A stretch of DNA of 39,336 bases from an uncultured Chloroflexia bacterium (GTDB lineage: Bacteria > Chloroflexota > Limnocylindria > Limnocylindrales > CSP1-4), in assembly GCA_963720755.1 (NCBI GenBank), contig CAVRGP010000005.1, forward strand, positions 1-39,336, written 5' to 3'. Made by a program: the position numbers and the translations under genes. The notes under the pieces were generated by a model. It saw nothing but the letters and a program-made list of their open reading frames with translations, did no database searches and had not been told where the DNA came from. Below are positions 18,453 to 27,616 of the stretch, piece after piece (within the stretch, counting starts at the first letter, position 1; each line of letters opens with the position of its first letter).

Positions 18453-20375
18453 CTACTTGAGAACCGACTGCCAGGAGACATCGCCCCAGCCCGGCCACGA
18501 GCGCTGGCCATTGACCGCGCCATCTGCCACGATCGAGTCCTGGGTTTGACCATCGACGGAGACCGCGTGGATCGTGAATCCGCCCGTGTCCTGCATGACG
18601 AGGATCTGGCGACCGTCAGGCGACCAGGCGGCGATCGCGTACGGGCAGTAATCGAGCGCAATGGTGCGGGCACCTGTGCCGTCGGGCGCCGCTACGACGA
18701 CTCCGCAATCTTCGAGTCGCACGGATCGATCGCCAGCCGGCGACAGGAGCGGGTCTGTCGCTTCCCGTGGTCGTGTGAAGTCCTCGATGCTCGGGTCACC
18801 CGGCAGGCCGGCAGGACCGCCGGAAGGCGGCGAGCCATCAGGTGCCCGGACCGCGACCTTGCCAGTGGTGGTGTCAACAAAGGCGATGCGAGTCCCGTCC
18901 GATGACCAGGCGGGACACGACCCCCACCGTGACCCGGCACCATCAAAGCGGACCGTGTCGGTGATGTCGCCGTTCGGAGCCACGCCGAGCACGATGATGT
19001 CCGCGCCGTAGGATGCCTCGACGGCATAGAGCAGCTGACGACCATCGGGTGAGAAGGCTGGGCAGACGTTCCGCCCGGGGCTGCCGTCCCGCCCAGCATG
19101 TTGCCGGTCGGCGATCAGCCTGGGCGTCTCGCCCGCCCTGGCGAGATAGATATCGCTTCCCGAGCTCGTATCGGTCGAGCCCGGGACCGGGCCGCTCGTC
19201 GAGTAGGCGATCCAGCCGTTGGCGATCGGTGGCGACGATGACGACGGATCAGCGCTTTCGGTCGGGCGAGTCGTCGGGTCGGCAGTGATTTCCGGGGTTG
19301 TGGTCGGCTCGGACGTGTCGACACCCTGAGCCACCTCGAGCCAACCGGCGAACGAGCCATCGATGTGGGATACGGTGCCGGTAGCCTGGTCGGTGACCGT
19401 CGCGGCCGGCTGGGCTGGGTCTCGGACGAGGCCGATATCGACCGTCATCGAGTCGTCCGGGGCGGGGCACGGGAACGCGTTCCCTCCGGTCGAGCGGCAG
19501 GTGCTGGTCGCCACCGCCTCAGGCGCGTCGACCACGGTGCCGTCGACGCCTAGGATCCTCGGAGGAGCCTGGTCCGTTGCGCTGCTTCCGACGAAGACGC
19601 CTGACCCGTCGGACGCCCAATACGGTAGAACGACCAGACCCGCAGGAATGGCCACGTCGGTGGCATCGCCTGTGCGCCCGTCGATGACGGTCAACTGGAG
19701 GTGTACCTCGCCGCCGCAACATGGGTACCAGACGACGGCGAGGCGATCGCCCGGGCCCCAGAAGGCGCCCCCGCGTGGGTCGACTTGCCAGTACGGCGTA
19801 TCGCGAAGTTGCTCGACGAATTGCTCGATGCCCGGGACGACGACGGGCTCCGCCTGGGGCCGGTGCAGGTCGTAGAGCTCCCAGTGCGTCATCAGGTCGC
19901 TACCGCCTGTCGGGATCGCGAGAAGTCCACTCGGCGACACGGCGCCCATCGGCGCCAGGAACGTCGATCCCGTTTGCGGCACGCCGATGTCATACGTCAC
20001 CCAGGCGCCCGGCAGCCTGGCGATCTGGCGCTCGTTACCGGCGGGATCGACGCCGACCACGAGCACATCACGCTCACCGGCGGCCACCTCCTGACGCAGG
20101 AACACGGCTTCATAGGACGGCACGGGCTCCCGATGTCGAAGCAGCGTCGCGCCCGCGGTCAGGACGCCCAACAGCGCCACGATCACGAGTCCCGCAAGCA
20201 GGGGCCAGACGAGCCGGGGGGCAACACGTTGGCTGATCGCCCCCGTGCCGGTATGCCCTTCGATCCTCGCGCTCATCTCGAAGGCCGACGGGGCGCCTGC
20301 GGTATCCCTCTCCTGCCAGGCGAGGAAGTCACGGATCTCGCGATCGAACTGGTCGTCGCTGATGCGGTCGGTCAT
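18453..20375 (-). CDS. Membrane-anchored putative anti-sigma factor with extracellular beta-propeller / TolB-like (PD40) modules
   Basis: Short cytoplasmic N-terminus, one TM segment, a first propeller-like region, a Thr/Pro linker, then PAFSPDG / PAWSSDG / AWSPDG repeats. ATGA overlap with the upstream ECF sigma. Confidence 0.7.
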   Translation of the reverse strand: MTDRISDDQFDREIRDFLAWQERDTAGAPSAFEMSARIEGHTGTGAISQRVAPRLVWPLLAGLVIVALLGVLTAGATLLRHREPVPSYEAVFLRQEVAAGERDVLVVGVDPAGNERQIARLPGAWVTYDIGVPQTGSTFLAPMGAVSPSGLLAIPTGGSDLMTHWELYDLHRPQAEPVVVPGIEQFVEQLRDTPYWQVDPRGGAFWGPGDRLAVVWYPCCGGEVHLQLTVIDGRTGDATDVAIPAGLVVLPYWASDGSGVFVGSSATDQAPPRILGVDGTVVDAPEAVATSTCRSTGGNAFPCPAPDDSMTVDIGLVRDPAQPAATVTDQATGTVSHIDGSFAGWLEVAQGVDTSEPTTTPEITADPTTRPTESADPSSSSPPIANGWIAYSTSGPVPGSTDTSSGSDIYLARAGETPRLIADRQHAGRDGSPGRNVCPAFSPDGRQLLYAVEASYGADIIVLGVAPNGDITDTVRFDGAGSRWGSCPAWSSDGTRIAFVDTTTGKVAVRAPDGSPPSGGPAGLPGDPSIEDFTRPREATDPLLSPAGDRSVRLEDCGVVVAAPDGTGARTIALDYCPYAIAAWSPDGRQILVMQDTGGFTIHAVSVDGQTQDSIVADGAVNGQRSWPGWGDVSWQSVLK

Positions 20376-20908
20376 GGCCGTGACTCCTCGAGCTCGTGGC
20401 GCAGTCGCTGTTTGGCCACTCGCAGGCGTGAACGGACGGTCTCCTCGGGCGCCCCGACGATGGCCGCCGTCTCGGCGACCGTGTAGCCGAGGTGCAGGTG
20501 CAGGACCACCACCGCTCGCTGCTCGGGAGAGATCCGTTCGAAGGCCGCTTTCAGGGCAACGAACGTCGACGGCTCCGAACCCTGCGGATCTGTCGGCTCG
20601 ATCCAGCCGACCTCAGGCTGTGGCACGAACAGGCGACCGAGCCAGGATCGACGGCGCTTGCCGATCCGGATCGCTTCGCGAACGACGATGCGGTCGACCC
20701 AGGGCCGCAGTCGCGCTTCATCCTGCAAGGTGGAGCGATGACGCCACGCCTGCTCCAGGCCGACCTGCACCGCATCCGCCGCGTCGCTCGCGTCTCGAGA
20801 CATGAGCCTGGCCAATCGCAGGAGCCGGTCGTAATGCTCGGCCACGAAACCCGCGATGGCCGGGTCTGACCGACTCTGTTCGATCTCCGCCGTCCGCTCG
20901 ACCGTCAC
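20372..20908 (-). CDS. ECF RNA polymerase sigma factor
   Basis: Sigma2 (DAADAVQVGL...WVDRIVVR) and sigma4 (ISPEQRAVVVL...ETAAIVGAPEETVRSRL) regions. Confidence 0.92.
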   Translation of the reverse strand: MTVERTAEIEQSRSDPAIAGFVAEHYDRLLRLARLMSRDASDAADAVQVGLEQAWRHRSTLQDEARLRPWVDRIVVREAIRIGKRRRSWLGRLFVPQPEVGWIEPTDPQGSEPSTFVALKAAFERISPEQRAVVVLHLHLGYTVAETAAIVGAPEETVRSRLRVAKQRLRHELEESRP

Positions 20909-21060
20909 ACGTCGTCTCCGTGGTTGGCGCTGTCAACCCTACAGAGGGACGCAACACGCCAAACGGGTCATTCGGGAAATCGGCACCCGTACTCGACCCG
21001 CCCTGGGTCGAGCGTCGCCAGGAGGTGCTTCGGGGCCGAGCGCAGATGGATGCCCCGGAT

Positions 21061-21513
21061 CTACTCGGCCGTCAGCTCGAAGACTGGACGCGTGACCGCG
21101 GCACGAGACGGGGAGTGCAGCACTTCCGGCGCCACGGACCCGAACAGCAGTCCCAGGAAGCGCCGACCGAGCCACGGTAGTCTGGCGATGAACGCGGGCA
21201 GGGTCGCCGCGTAGAAGACCTCGGCCTCGTCCCGCCCGAGCTCTCTGGCCCGGACGTGCACCGTTCGTCCGTGGAGACGGACATCGCCTTCGGCCGCGGC
21301 CCGCAGGTTTCGGACCCACTGCACGTCACCGTACGCACCGATCACCCAGCGGCGCCCATCCAGCTCGGCGACGGCAACGGCGACGGAGCGTGGACGTCCG
21401 GTCGTGCGGCCGCGCACCGTGAGCAGCACGTTCGGGCCCATCGGCATCCCGATCCGGAGGAATGCCCGCGTGAGGGGGTTCGAGTAGCGAACGAAGGCGG
21501 GGGCACTGGTCAC
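21061..21513 (-). CDS. Deazaflavin (F420H2)-dependent nitroreductase family oxidoreductase
   Basis: Motifs LLTVRGRTTGRPRS, WVRNLRA and RPVFEL; SD AAAGGA upstream. Confidence 0.88.
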   Translation of the reverse strand: MTSAPAFVRYSNPLTRAFLRIGMPMGPNVLLTVRGRTTGRPRSVAVAVAELDGRRWVIGAYGDVQWVRNLRAAAEGDVRLHGRTVHVRARELGRDEAEVFYAATLPAFIARLPWLGRRFLGLLFGSVAPEVLHSPSRAAVTRPVFELTAE

Positions 21514-21526
21514 GGCTATCCTTTCC

Positions 21527-21553
21527 TGTCACGTCAGCGACCCTGCTGCCGTC
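21527..21553 (+). promoter_or_regulatory. ECF41-type promoter for the sigma gene
   Basis: TGTCACG-N16-CGTC versus the established ECF41 consensus TGTCACA-N16-CGTC. Confidence 0.7.
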
Positions 21554-21561
21554 AATCTCCT

Positions 21562-21588
21562 GACGGAACCCATTGCGAGAACGTGACC
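21562..21588 (-). promoter_or_regulatory. ECF41-type promoter for the F420-dependent reductase gene
   Basis: Minus-strand GGTCACG-N16-CGTC upstream of the GTG at 21513. Confidence 0.65.
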
Positions 21589-21589
21589 G

Positions 21590-22474
21590 ATGCCCGACCC
21601 CGACCTGGTCGCCGAGCGCTTCGAGGCCCACCGCGCCCACCTGCACGCGGTGGCATACCGGATGCTCGGGTCGACGGCAGAGGCGGAGGATGCTGTCCAG
21701 GACGCCTGGCTCCGGCTCGATCGCTCAGAAGCCGATGCGATCGACAACCTGGGTGGCTGGCTCACGACCGTGGTCGCGCGGCTATGCCTCGATCGCCTGC
21801 GGGCTCGCGCATCGAGGCGCGAGGAGTCGCTCGAGTTGCTGCCAGACCCCGTCGTCGTCTTCGACGCCGAGGGCGATCCCGAAGGCGAGGCGATCCTCGC
21901 CGATAACGTCGGACTGGCGCTGCTCGTCGTCCTCGATACGCTCACGCCGGCGGAGCGTCTTGCATTCGTCCTGCACGACACCTTCGGACTGCCGTTCGAG
22001 GAGATCGGCCGGATCCTCCAGCGGACTCCGACCGCCGCTCGTCAGCTCGCCAGCCGCGGCCGGCGACGCGTGCGCGCGGCGCCCGCCAGCCCAAGCGTAC
22101 CGCCGGGCCGCCAGCGCGAGCTGGTCGACGCCTTCCTCAGCGCCGCACGGGAGGGGGACTTCGCGGCCCTGGTGCGCGTTCTCGATCCGGGGGCCGTCGT
22201 GCGAGCGGAAACGGACGAGCGGGCGGCAGGGCTCGGCCGGTCGCGCGTCATCCGGGGCGCCGATGCGGTCGCCGGCGAGGCGCTCGGCTTCGGGCGGTTC
22301 GCCGCGGGTGCTCGTCACGCGACGGTCAACGGCAACCCGGGGCTCGTCGTGTTTGCGGGCGATGCGCCGTTCGCCGTGCTCGGCTTCACGGTCCGCGGGG
22401 ATCGCATCGCCGAGATCGACATCCTCGCCGCCCCCGAGCGGCTCCGCGGCCTCGGGCTCCGACCGCCGGCCTAA
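21590..22474 (+). CDS. ECF41 (SigJ-like) sigma factor with C-terminal SnoaL-like extension
   Basis: AYRMLGSTAEAEDAVQDAW, LPDP linker, AERLAFVLHD, RQLASR, and a SnoaL-like tail ending APERL. Confidence 0.9.
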   Translation: MPDPDLVAERFEAHRAHLHAVAYRMLGSTAEAEDAVQDAWLRLDRSEADAIDNLGGWLTTVVARLCLDRLRARASRREESLELLPDPVVVFDAEGDPEGEAILADNVGLALLVVLDTLTPAERLAFVLHDTFGLPFEEIGRILQRTPTAARQLASRGRRRVRAAPASPSVPPGRQRELVDAFLSAAREGDFAALVRVLDPGAVVRAETDERAAGLGRSRVIRGADAVAGEALGFGRFAAGARHATVNGNPGLVVFAGDAPFAVLGFTVRGDRIAEIDILAAPERLRGLGLRPPA

Positions 22475-22477
22475 ACC

Positions 22478-22509
22478 CGGGTCGCGGGTCGCGAGTCGCG
22501 GGTCGCGGG
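22478..22509 (+). repeat. Heptamer tandem repeat (CGGGTCG) x about 4.5
   Basis: CGGGTCG CGGGTCG CGAGTCG CGGGTCG CGGG just after the sigma stop codon. Confidence 0.8.
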
Positions 22510-22555
22510 GCGCTCCGCCTCGCGGCACCATCGTCAGTTTCAGTAGCATCGTCCG

Positions 22556-23686
22556 ATGGCCCTGACTGCCCGACAGCTCAACCGAGCCACACTGCAGCGA
22601 CAGCTCCTGCTCCAGCGTGCGTCGATCGATGTCGGCGACGCCGTCCGTCGTGTCGCGGCGCTCCAGGCCCAGGAGCCGGCCTCGCCGTACATCGCTCTCT
22701 GGAACCGGCTGAAGGCGTTCGATCCGGCGGCCCTCGACTTGGCGTTTGCGGAACAGGCGATCGTCAAGGCGCAACTGATGCGCATCACGCTGCACGCCGT
22801 CGTCGTCGATGACTACCCGGCGTTCCACGAGGCCATGCAGCCGACGCTGCGAGCCGCTCGGTACCACGATCGCCGGTTCGCGAGCGAGGGTGTCTCGATC
22901 GGGGAGACGGAAGCCCTCATCCCCGATCTTCTGGCGTTCACCGCGACGCCGAGGACGAACCAGGACGTCGAGCGATGGCTCGAGGATCGATACGGTGCGC
23001 CCAAACCGCGGATCTGGTGGGCGCTTCGACAGGTCGGGCCGTTCGTCCATGCGTCGACCGGCGGTCCATGGTCCTTCGGGCCGCGGCCGTCGTATGTCGC
23101 GGCTCGCGTCCAGGACCGCCCTCAGGACCCCGAGGCCTCGGTCCGATCGCTGGTCGCGTCGTATCTGCGGGCGTTCGGCCCGGCGACGGTGGCGGATATC
23201 GCGCAGTTCGGGACGATCTATCGGCCGCCGGTCAAACGCGCACTGTCGGCATCGGACGGGCACCTCGTCCGCCATGACGGTCCGAACGGGGAGCGGTTGT
23301 ACGACGTGCCGGATGGCCACGTGCCCGACGGTGACACGCCGGCGCCGCCCCGGTTGCTGCCGATGTGGGACAGCTCATTGCTCGCCTACGCCGATCGGAG
23401 CCGGATCGTGCCTCCCGAGTACCGTCGGCTGGTCATGCGCGCCAACGGCGATCTGCTTCCGACGGTGCTCGTCGATGGGTTCGTGGCGGGGGTATGGCGG
23501 CCGATCGACGACGGCATCGAGGTGACCGCATTCCATCGGCTGTCAACGGACGACTGGGACGCCCTGGACGTCGAAGCCTCTGCGCTGCGGGCGTTCCTGG
23601 CCGATCGGCAGCCCCTCGCTTACGGTCGATACGCGCGCTGGTGGCGGACCCTGCCGAGCGAGGAAGTCCGCGTGATCGGGCGCTGA
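22556..23686 (+). CDS. AlkZ-like (HTH_42 / winged-helix) DNA glycosylase
   Basis: Motifs LNRATLQRQLLL, catalytic QAQ, MRITLH, YLRAFGPAT..D, PRLLPMWD and VLVDGFVAGVW. Confidence 0.88.
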   Translation: MALTARQLNRATLQRQLLLQRASIDVGDAVRRVAALQAQEPASPYIALWNRLKAFDPAALDLAFAEQAIVKAQLMRITLHAVVVDDYPAFHEAMQPTLRAARYHDRRFASEGVSIGETEALIPDLLAFTATPRTNQDVERWLEDRYGAPKPRIWWALRQVGPFVHASTGGPWSFGPRPSYVAARVQDRPQDPEASVRSLVASYLRAFGPATVADIAQFGTIYRPPVKRALSASDGHLVRHDGPNGERLYDVPDGHVPDGDTPAPPRLLPMWDSSLLAYADRSRIVPPEYRRLVMRANGDLLPTVLVDGFVAGVWRPIDDGIEVTAFHRLSTDDWDALDVEASALRAFLADRQPLAYGRYARWWRTLPSEEVRVIGR

Positions 23687-23727
23687 GGTGAGGATCCCGT
23701 GACCCTGGGCGGCCGACAAGGCGTCGA

Positions 23728-24996
23728 TCACGACCGTGGTCGACGGATCCCCATCTGTACGGCCCAGCCGAGCAGGATGGCCGTCATCACGAGGCCGACC
23801 GCGTTCAAGACGGCGCCGGCGATGATCAGCACATTCAGGTTGAGGGGCAGGCCGATCGTCAGAGCCGCGACGCCGGCATCCAGCATGACAAGCCGGATCA
23901 TCGAGGACCGACCCAGGAGCTGCCGCTGTCGTCCATGCGTGACCGGGCTGCCGGGGCCGATGGCGGGGAGCAGGTGCGTCGCAGAGGCGACGATCGCCAG
24001 CCCGACCCAGCCGACCACGAGCGGCCCGAGGACCGCTTCGACCGACCAGCCCGCGGGATCGGCGCCGAGAACGAGGACGCGCCCAGCCGCGATCGCGATC
24101 CCAAGCTCGAGCCAGACGATCGCGGAGATGAGGCCACCCATGGCAAAGCGATGCCAGCCTGGATCGGTCGTCCAGCGCGCCCTCGACCGCCACGTCCGCA
24201 GCACATAGACGGCCAGGCTGGCGGACCCGCCGACGACCCCCAGCGCACCGATCCGCGCCACGAGATCCGACGACACGGCGAAGCCGAGCGCCACCAGAGG
24301 GGCACCGACGGCCAACCCGATGACCGTCGCGCGGGCGCTCGGATGGACGGCGATCCGCGCGCCGACAACGGTCGGAAAGAAGTGCAGCAGGGTCGTCGCG
24401 ATGACGAGCGAGATGAACCCGACCAGGTTCAACCACGCATGGGCCGGCTTCAGTCGGATCCAGTCATCCACGACTGGTGGCCACGCGGCCAACAACAAGG
24501 TCGCCAGACTCGCTCCGATGGCGACCTCGCCGAGCGCGACCAGGTACCCCTGGGTCACCAGCCCACGACTTGGCCCAAGCGCCCGGCCGAGCGGTCGGGC
24601 GGTGGCGATCCCGGTCAGGACGATGCCGACCACGAAGAGGGATCCGCCGGCCACGGCAAGGCTGGCACCGCTCGCGACGACGCCGGCGGCTACCGCTGCC
24701 GCGCCGATCGACACCCCCGCGACCGCAGATGAACGGAGTCGTGCACCACTCGGAGGCGCCGCCGCAAAGGCCGCCGCGAAGAAGGGCATGATCCCCGCGA
24801 TCGCCGTGGTCGCCGCACCCATGGCCAGGTGGAGCGGCAACCAGACGCCTCGCCGATCCCCAGCGGGCAGGAACATGGTGCCCACGGCGGCCACGAGGAA
24901 CACGAGAGCGATCACGATCGCACCGAGCGCGACCAGCCGGTCGGATGATCGATCGATCGGCACAGGGCGACGACGCAGGGCGACGGGATCGATCAC
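23728..24996 (-). CDS. Polytopic membrane protein with intramembrane His (NnrS / heme-copper-oxidase-like fold)
   Basis: About 12 TM segments; motifs WLPLHL, PAHAWLNLVGF...LLHFFPT and GWVG...ATHLLP. The start is uncertain (24996 or 24963). Confidence 0.6.
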   Translation of the reverse strand: MIDPVALRRRPVPIDRSSDRLVALGAIVIALVFLVAAVGTMFLPAGDRRGVWLPLHLAMGAATTAIAGIMPFFAAAFAAAPPSGARLRSSAVAGVSIGAAAVAAGVVASGASLAVAGGSLFVVGIVLTGIATARPLGRALGPSRGLVTQGYLVALGEVAIGASLATLLLAAWPPVVDDWIRLKPAHAWLNLVGFISLVIATTLLHFFPTVVGARIAVHPSARATVIGLAVGAPLVALGFAVSSDLVARIGALGVVGGSASLAVYVLRTWRSRARWTTDPGWHRFAMGGLISAIVWLELGIAIAAGRVLVLGADPAGWSVEAVLGPLVVGWVGLAIVASATHLLPAIGPGSPVTHGRQRQLLGRSSMIRLVMLDAGVAALTIGLPLNLNVLIIAGAVLNAVGLVMTAILLGWAVQMGIRRPRS

Positions 24997-25193
24997 GGCC
25001 GGCCAAGCATATCTCCAGATCATGCTCGCACCGGTTCGCAGCTGGAGCGTCCAGCCCAGCTCAACCAGGATGGATATGGGTACCTTGTTGCCGCGGATGA
25101 ACGGCATTCGGCGGCAGTCGCCGAATCGAGGAGGTGTGTCGTCCTCGGTCAAACTCACAGCACGCCACCCATCAACACCCGTCGAATGAGGTC

Positions 25194-25622
25194 ATGACCA
25201 TGCTCACCCTCGAACAAGCGAACGCGATCGTGGCGAGCGCCTTGGCCAGAGCGGCGGACGATCACGTCCCACCACTGACGGTTGTCGTCCTCGACGCCGC
25301 AGGCGATCTGGTGGCCGCACAACGCCAGGATGGAGCGAGCATGTTCCGGTTCGACATCGCCTTGGGAAAGGCGTGGGCCGTCGTCGCGATGGGCGTATCG
25401 AGCCGAGCGCTGGCCAGTCGGGCGGCCGACAACCCGAACTTCTTCGGGGCACTGGCCGCCACCGCACACGGGCGGTTCATCCCCCAGCCCGGCGCGACCC
25501 CGATCATGGACGACGATGGACGGTTGATCGGCGCTGCGGGAGCCAGTGGCGGCACCGGAGACCAGGACGAGGCCTGTTGTGCCGCCGGGATCCGCGCCGT
25601 CGGGCTGGTGCCCGGTGACTGA
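25194..25622 (+). CDS. GlcG/HbpS-family heme-binding protein
   Basis: Motifs LTLEQA, VVVLDAAG, IALGKAW and IGAAGASGGTGDQDE; GAGG upstream. Confidence 0.88.
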   Translation: MTMLTLEQANAIVASALARAADDHVPPLTVVVLDAAGDLVAAQRQDGASMFRFDIALGKAWAVVAMGVSSRALASRAADNPNFFGALAATAHGRFIPQPGATPIMDDDGRLIGAAGASGGTGDQDEACCAAGIRAVGLVPGD

Positions 25623-25672
25623 GTGAGCGCGGATCGACGTCGCTGATCGCGACGCGCCGGCGCCTCGCCTCG

Positions 25673-26455
25673 TCAGATCGTCTTCGCGCTGAAGCCCCCG
25701 TCCACGCGAACGATCGAGCCCGTCACGAACCCGGACGCTCGCGCCGACGCGAGCCAGACGGCCGCCCCGACCAGCTCGTCCGCCTCGCCGAGGCGCCCAG
25801 CCGGGGTATGCGCCAGGATCGCTCGAACGCGCTCCTCCGACAGCAGCGCCCGATTCTGCTCGGCAGGAAAGAAGCCCGGCGCGATCGCGTTGACCCGGAC
25901 GCCGCGCGGGGCAAGCTCAGCCGCCAGGTACTGGGTCAGGCTGTTCACTCCGGCCTTCGCGATCGAGTAGGTCGCCACCCTCGACAGTGGCGGGCCGGAC
26001 GATGCGGACGAGATGTTGATGATCGATCCGCCGGACCCGCGGTCGGCCATGGCCTTCCCGAACACCTGGCAGGCGAGGAACACCGACGTGAGGTTTCCGT
26101 CGAGGACCCGATACCACTCATCCAGCCCGATCTCGAAGAACGGCGTCGCGCTGTTCACGCCGGCCGCGTTCACCAGGATGTCCACCGGGCCGAGCCGCGC
26201 CTCGGCCTGTTCCAGGGCGGCCTCCAGCGAGTGCCGATCGGTCGCGTCCACGACGATGGCCGCCGCCTCGGTGCCGTCGTTCGCAAGGGCGGCCCGTCGT
26301 GCCTCGGCTCGCTCAGGCGAACGGCCCATGACCGCGACGGCCGCGCCCGCGGCACCGAGCCCGTGGCACAGCGCGCCCCCGAGGACGCCGGTCCCACCGA
26401 TCACGGCGGCGACGCTCCCGTGCAGGTCGAACCGGTCCGTCGGCGAGGGCTTCAC
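25673..26455 (-). CDS. SDR oxidoreductase (D-mannonate / gluconate-5-dehydrogenase-like), in frame with upstream ackA
   Basis: Motifs GGTGVLG, NAAG, NISS, YSIAK and IAPGFF...QN. It has its own SD GGAGG 6 nt before GTG 26455. Confidence 0.85.
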   Translation of the reverse strand: MKPSPTDRFDLHGSVAAVIGGTGVLGGALCHGLGAAGAAVAVMGRSPERAEARRAALANDGTEAAAIVVDATDRHSLEAALEQAEARLGPVDILVNAAGVNSATPFFEIGLDEWYRVLDGNLTSVFLACQVFGKAMADRGSGGSIINISSASSGPPLSRVATYSIAKAGVNSLTQYLAAELAPRGVRVNAIAPGFFPAEQNRALLSEERVRAILAHTPAGRLGEADELVGAAVWLASARASGFVTGSIVRVDGGFSAKTI

Positions 26456-27616
26456 GCGCGCCCTCCGTGGCCATCCGACGGCGATGCCTGGTCCGCCGAG
26501 GACCGTTCGGACCTCGCGCGCGATCTCGCGGTCCTCTCGAGCGGCGATGACGAGCACCCGGACGGGCGCGCCGTCCGCGCCGATCTCGCGGTCGGCCGGG
26601 CCGGATCCGTTCCGTTCCGCGTCGATCTCAACGCCCAGGAACGCGAGTCCGTCGGCGGCCATCGCCCGGATCACCGGGGCGTGCTCACCGACACCACCCG
26701 TGAAGAGGAGGGCGTCGAGTCCGCCGAGCGAGGCCGCCATGGCCGAGATCTCGGCTCGCAACCGATGGACGTAGACGTCGAGGGCGAGAGTCGCCCGTGG
26801 CTCGCCGGTCTGCGCTCGCTCGATGATGATCCGCATGTCCGCCGTGCCGGCCAGGCCGAGCAGGCCGGACCGATGCTCCAGCGTGGCGGCGAGTTCGGCC
26901 GGCGGCATCCCCACGTGCTCCGCCAGCCAGAGCACCAGACCCGGATCGACGCTACCGGACCGGGTCGCCATGACAAGGCCCTCGAGCGGGGTAAAGCCCA
27001 TCGTCGTGTCGACCGAGATGCCGTCACGGATCGCGGCCAGCGACGCACCGGCACCGAGATGACAGGTGATGACGCGCAGGCCGTCGGCCGGCCGCTGGAG
27101 CAGCTCCGTGGCGCGCCGTGCTGCGTAGGCGTGAGACAAGCCGTGGAACCCGAATCGCCGGAGGTCCCACCGTTTGCGCCACTCGACCGGCAGCGCGTAG
27201 GTCGAGGCGGCCGCCGGCAGCGTGGCATGGAACGCGGTATCGAAGCAGGCGACGGCCGGCACGTCCGGCAGGACGGCCGTCACCGCCGCATACGCCGCGA
27301 GCGACTTGGGCTGGTGGAGCGGGGCGAGGTCGGTGAGGCCCTCGAGACGCTCGATGACGGACGCGTCGATGCGGACCGGCCCGGAGAAGGCAGTGCCCCC
27401 ATGGACGATCCGATGGCCGACGGCGCCGACCGGGCCGAGGTCATGGACGGCGTCCGCGACGGCCGCCGCGTCCGCAGACCCTCGAGGCGCCGCCAGGTCC
27501 GCCGTGGCGACGATCGAATCGTCTGAGTCCAGCACGCGGAGCTTGAGGCTGCTGGACCCTGCGTTCACGACGAGGATCCGGCCGGCGAGCTCCCCGTCGT
27601 CGCCTAGGACGGCCAC
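26456..27616 (-). CDS. ackA: Acetate/propionate kinase (no stop before the SDR in this assembly)
   Basis: Motifs [58 protein letters not shown] and ARED. Confidence 0.9.

Noticed and set aside
22478-22509. Repeat considered as a CRISPR or REP element
   Set aside because: Simple 7-mer tandem with no spacers, no cas genes and no other copies noticed.
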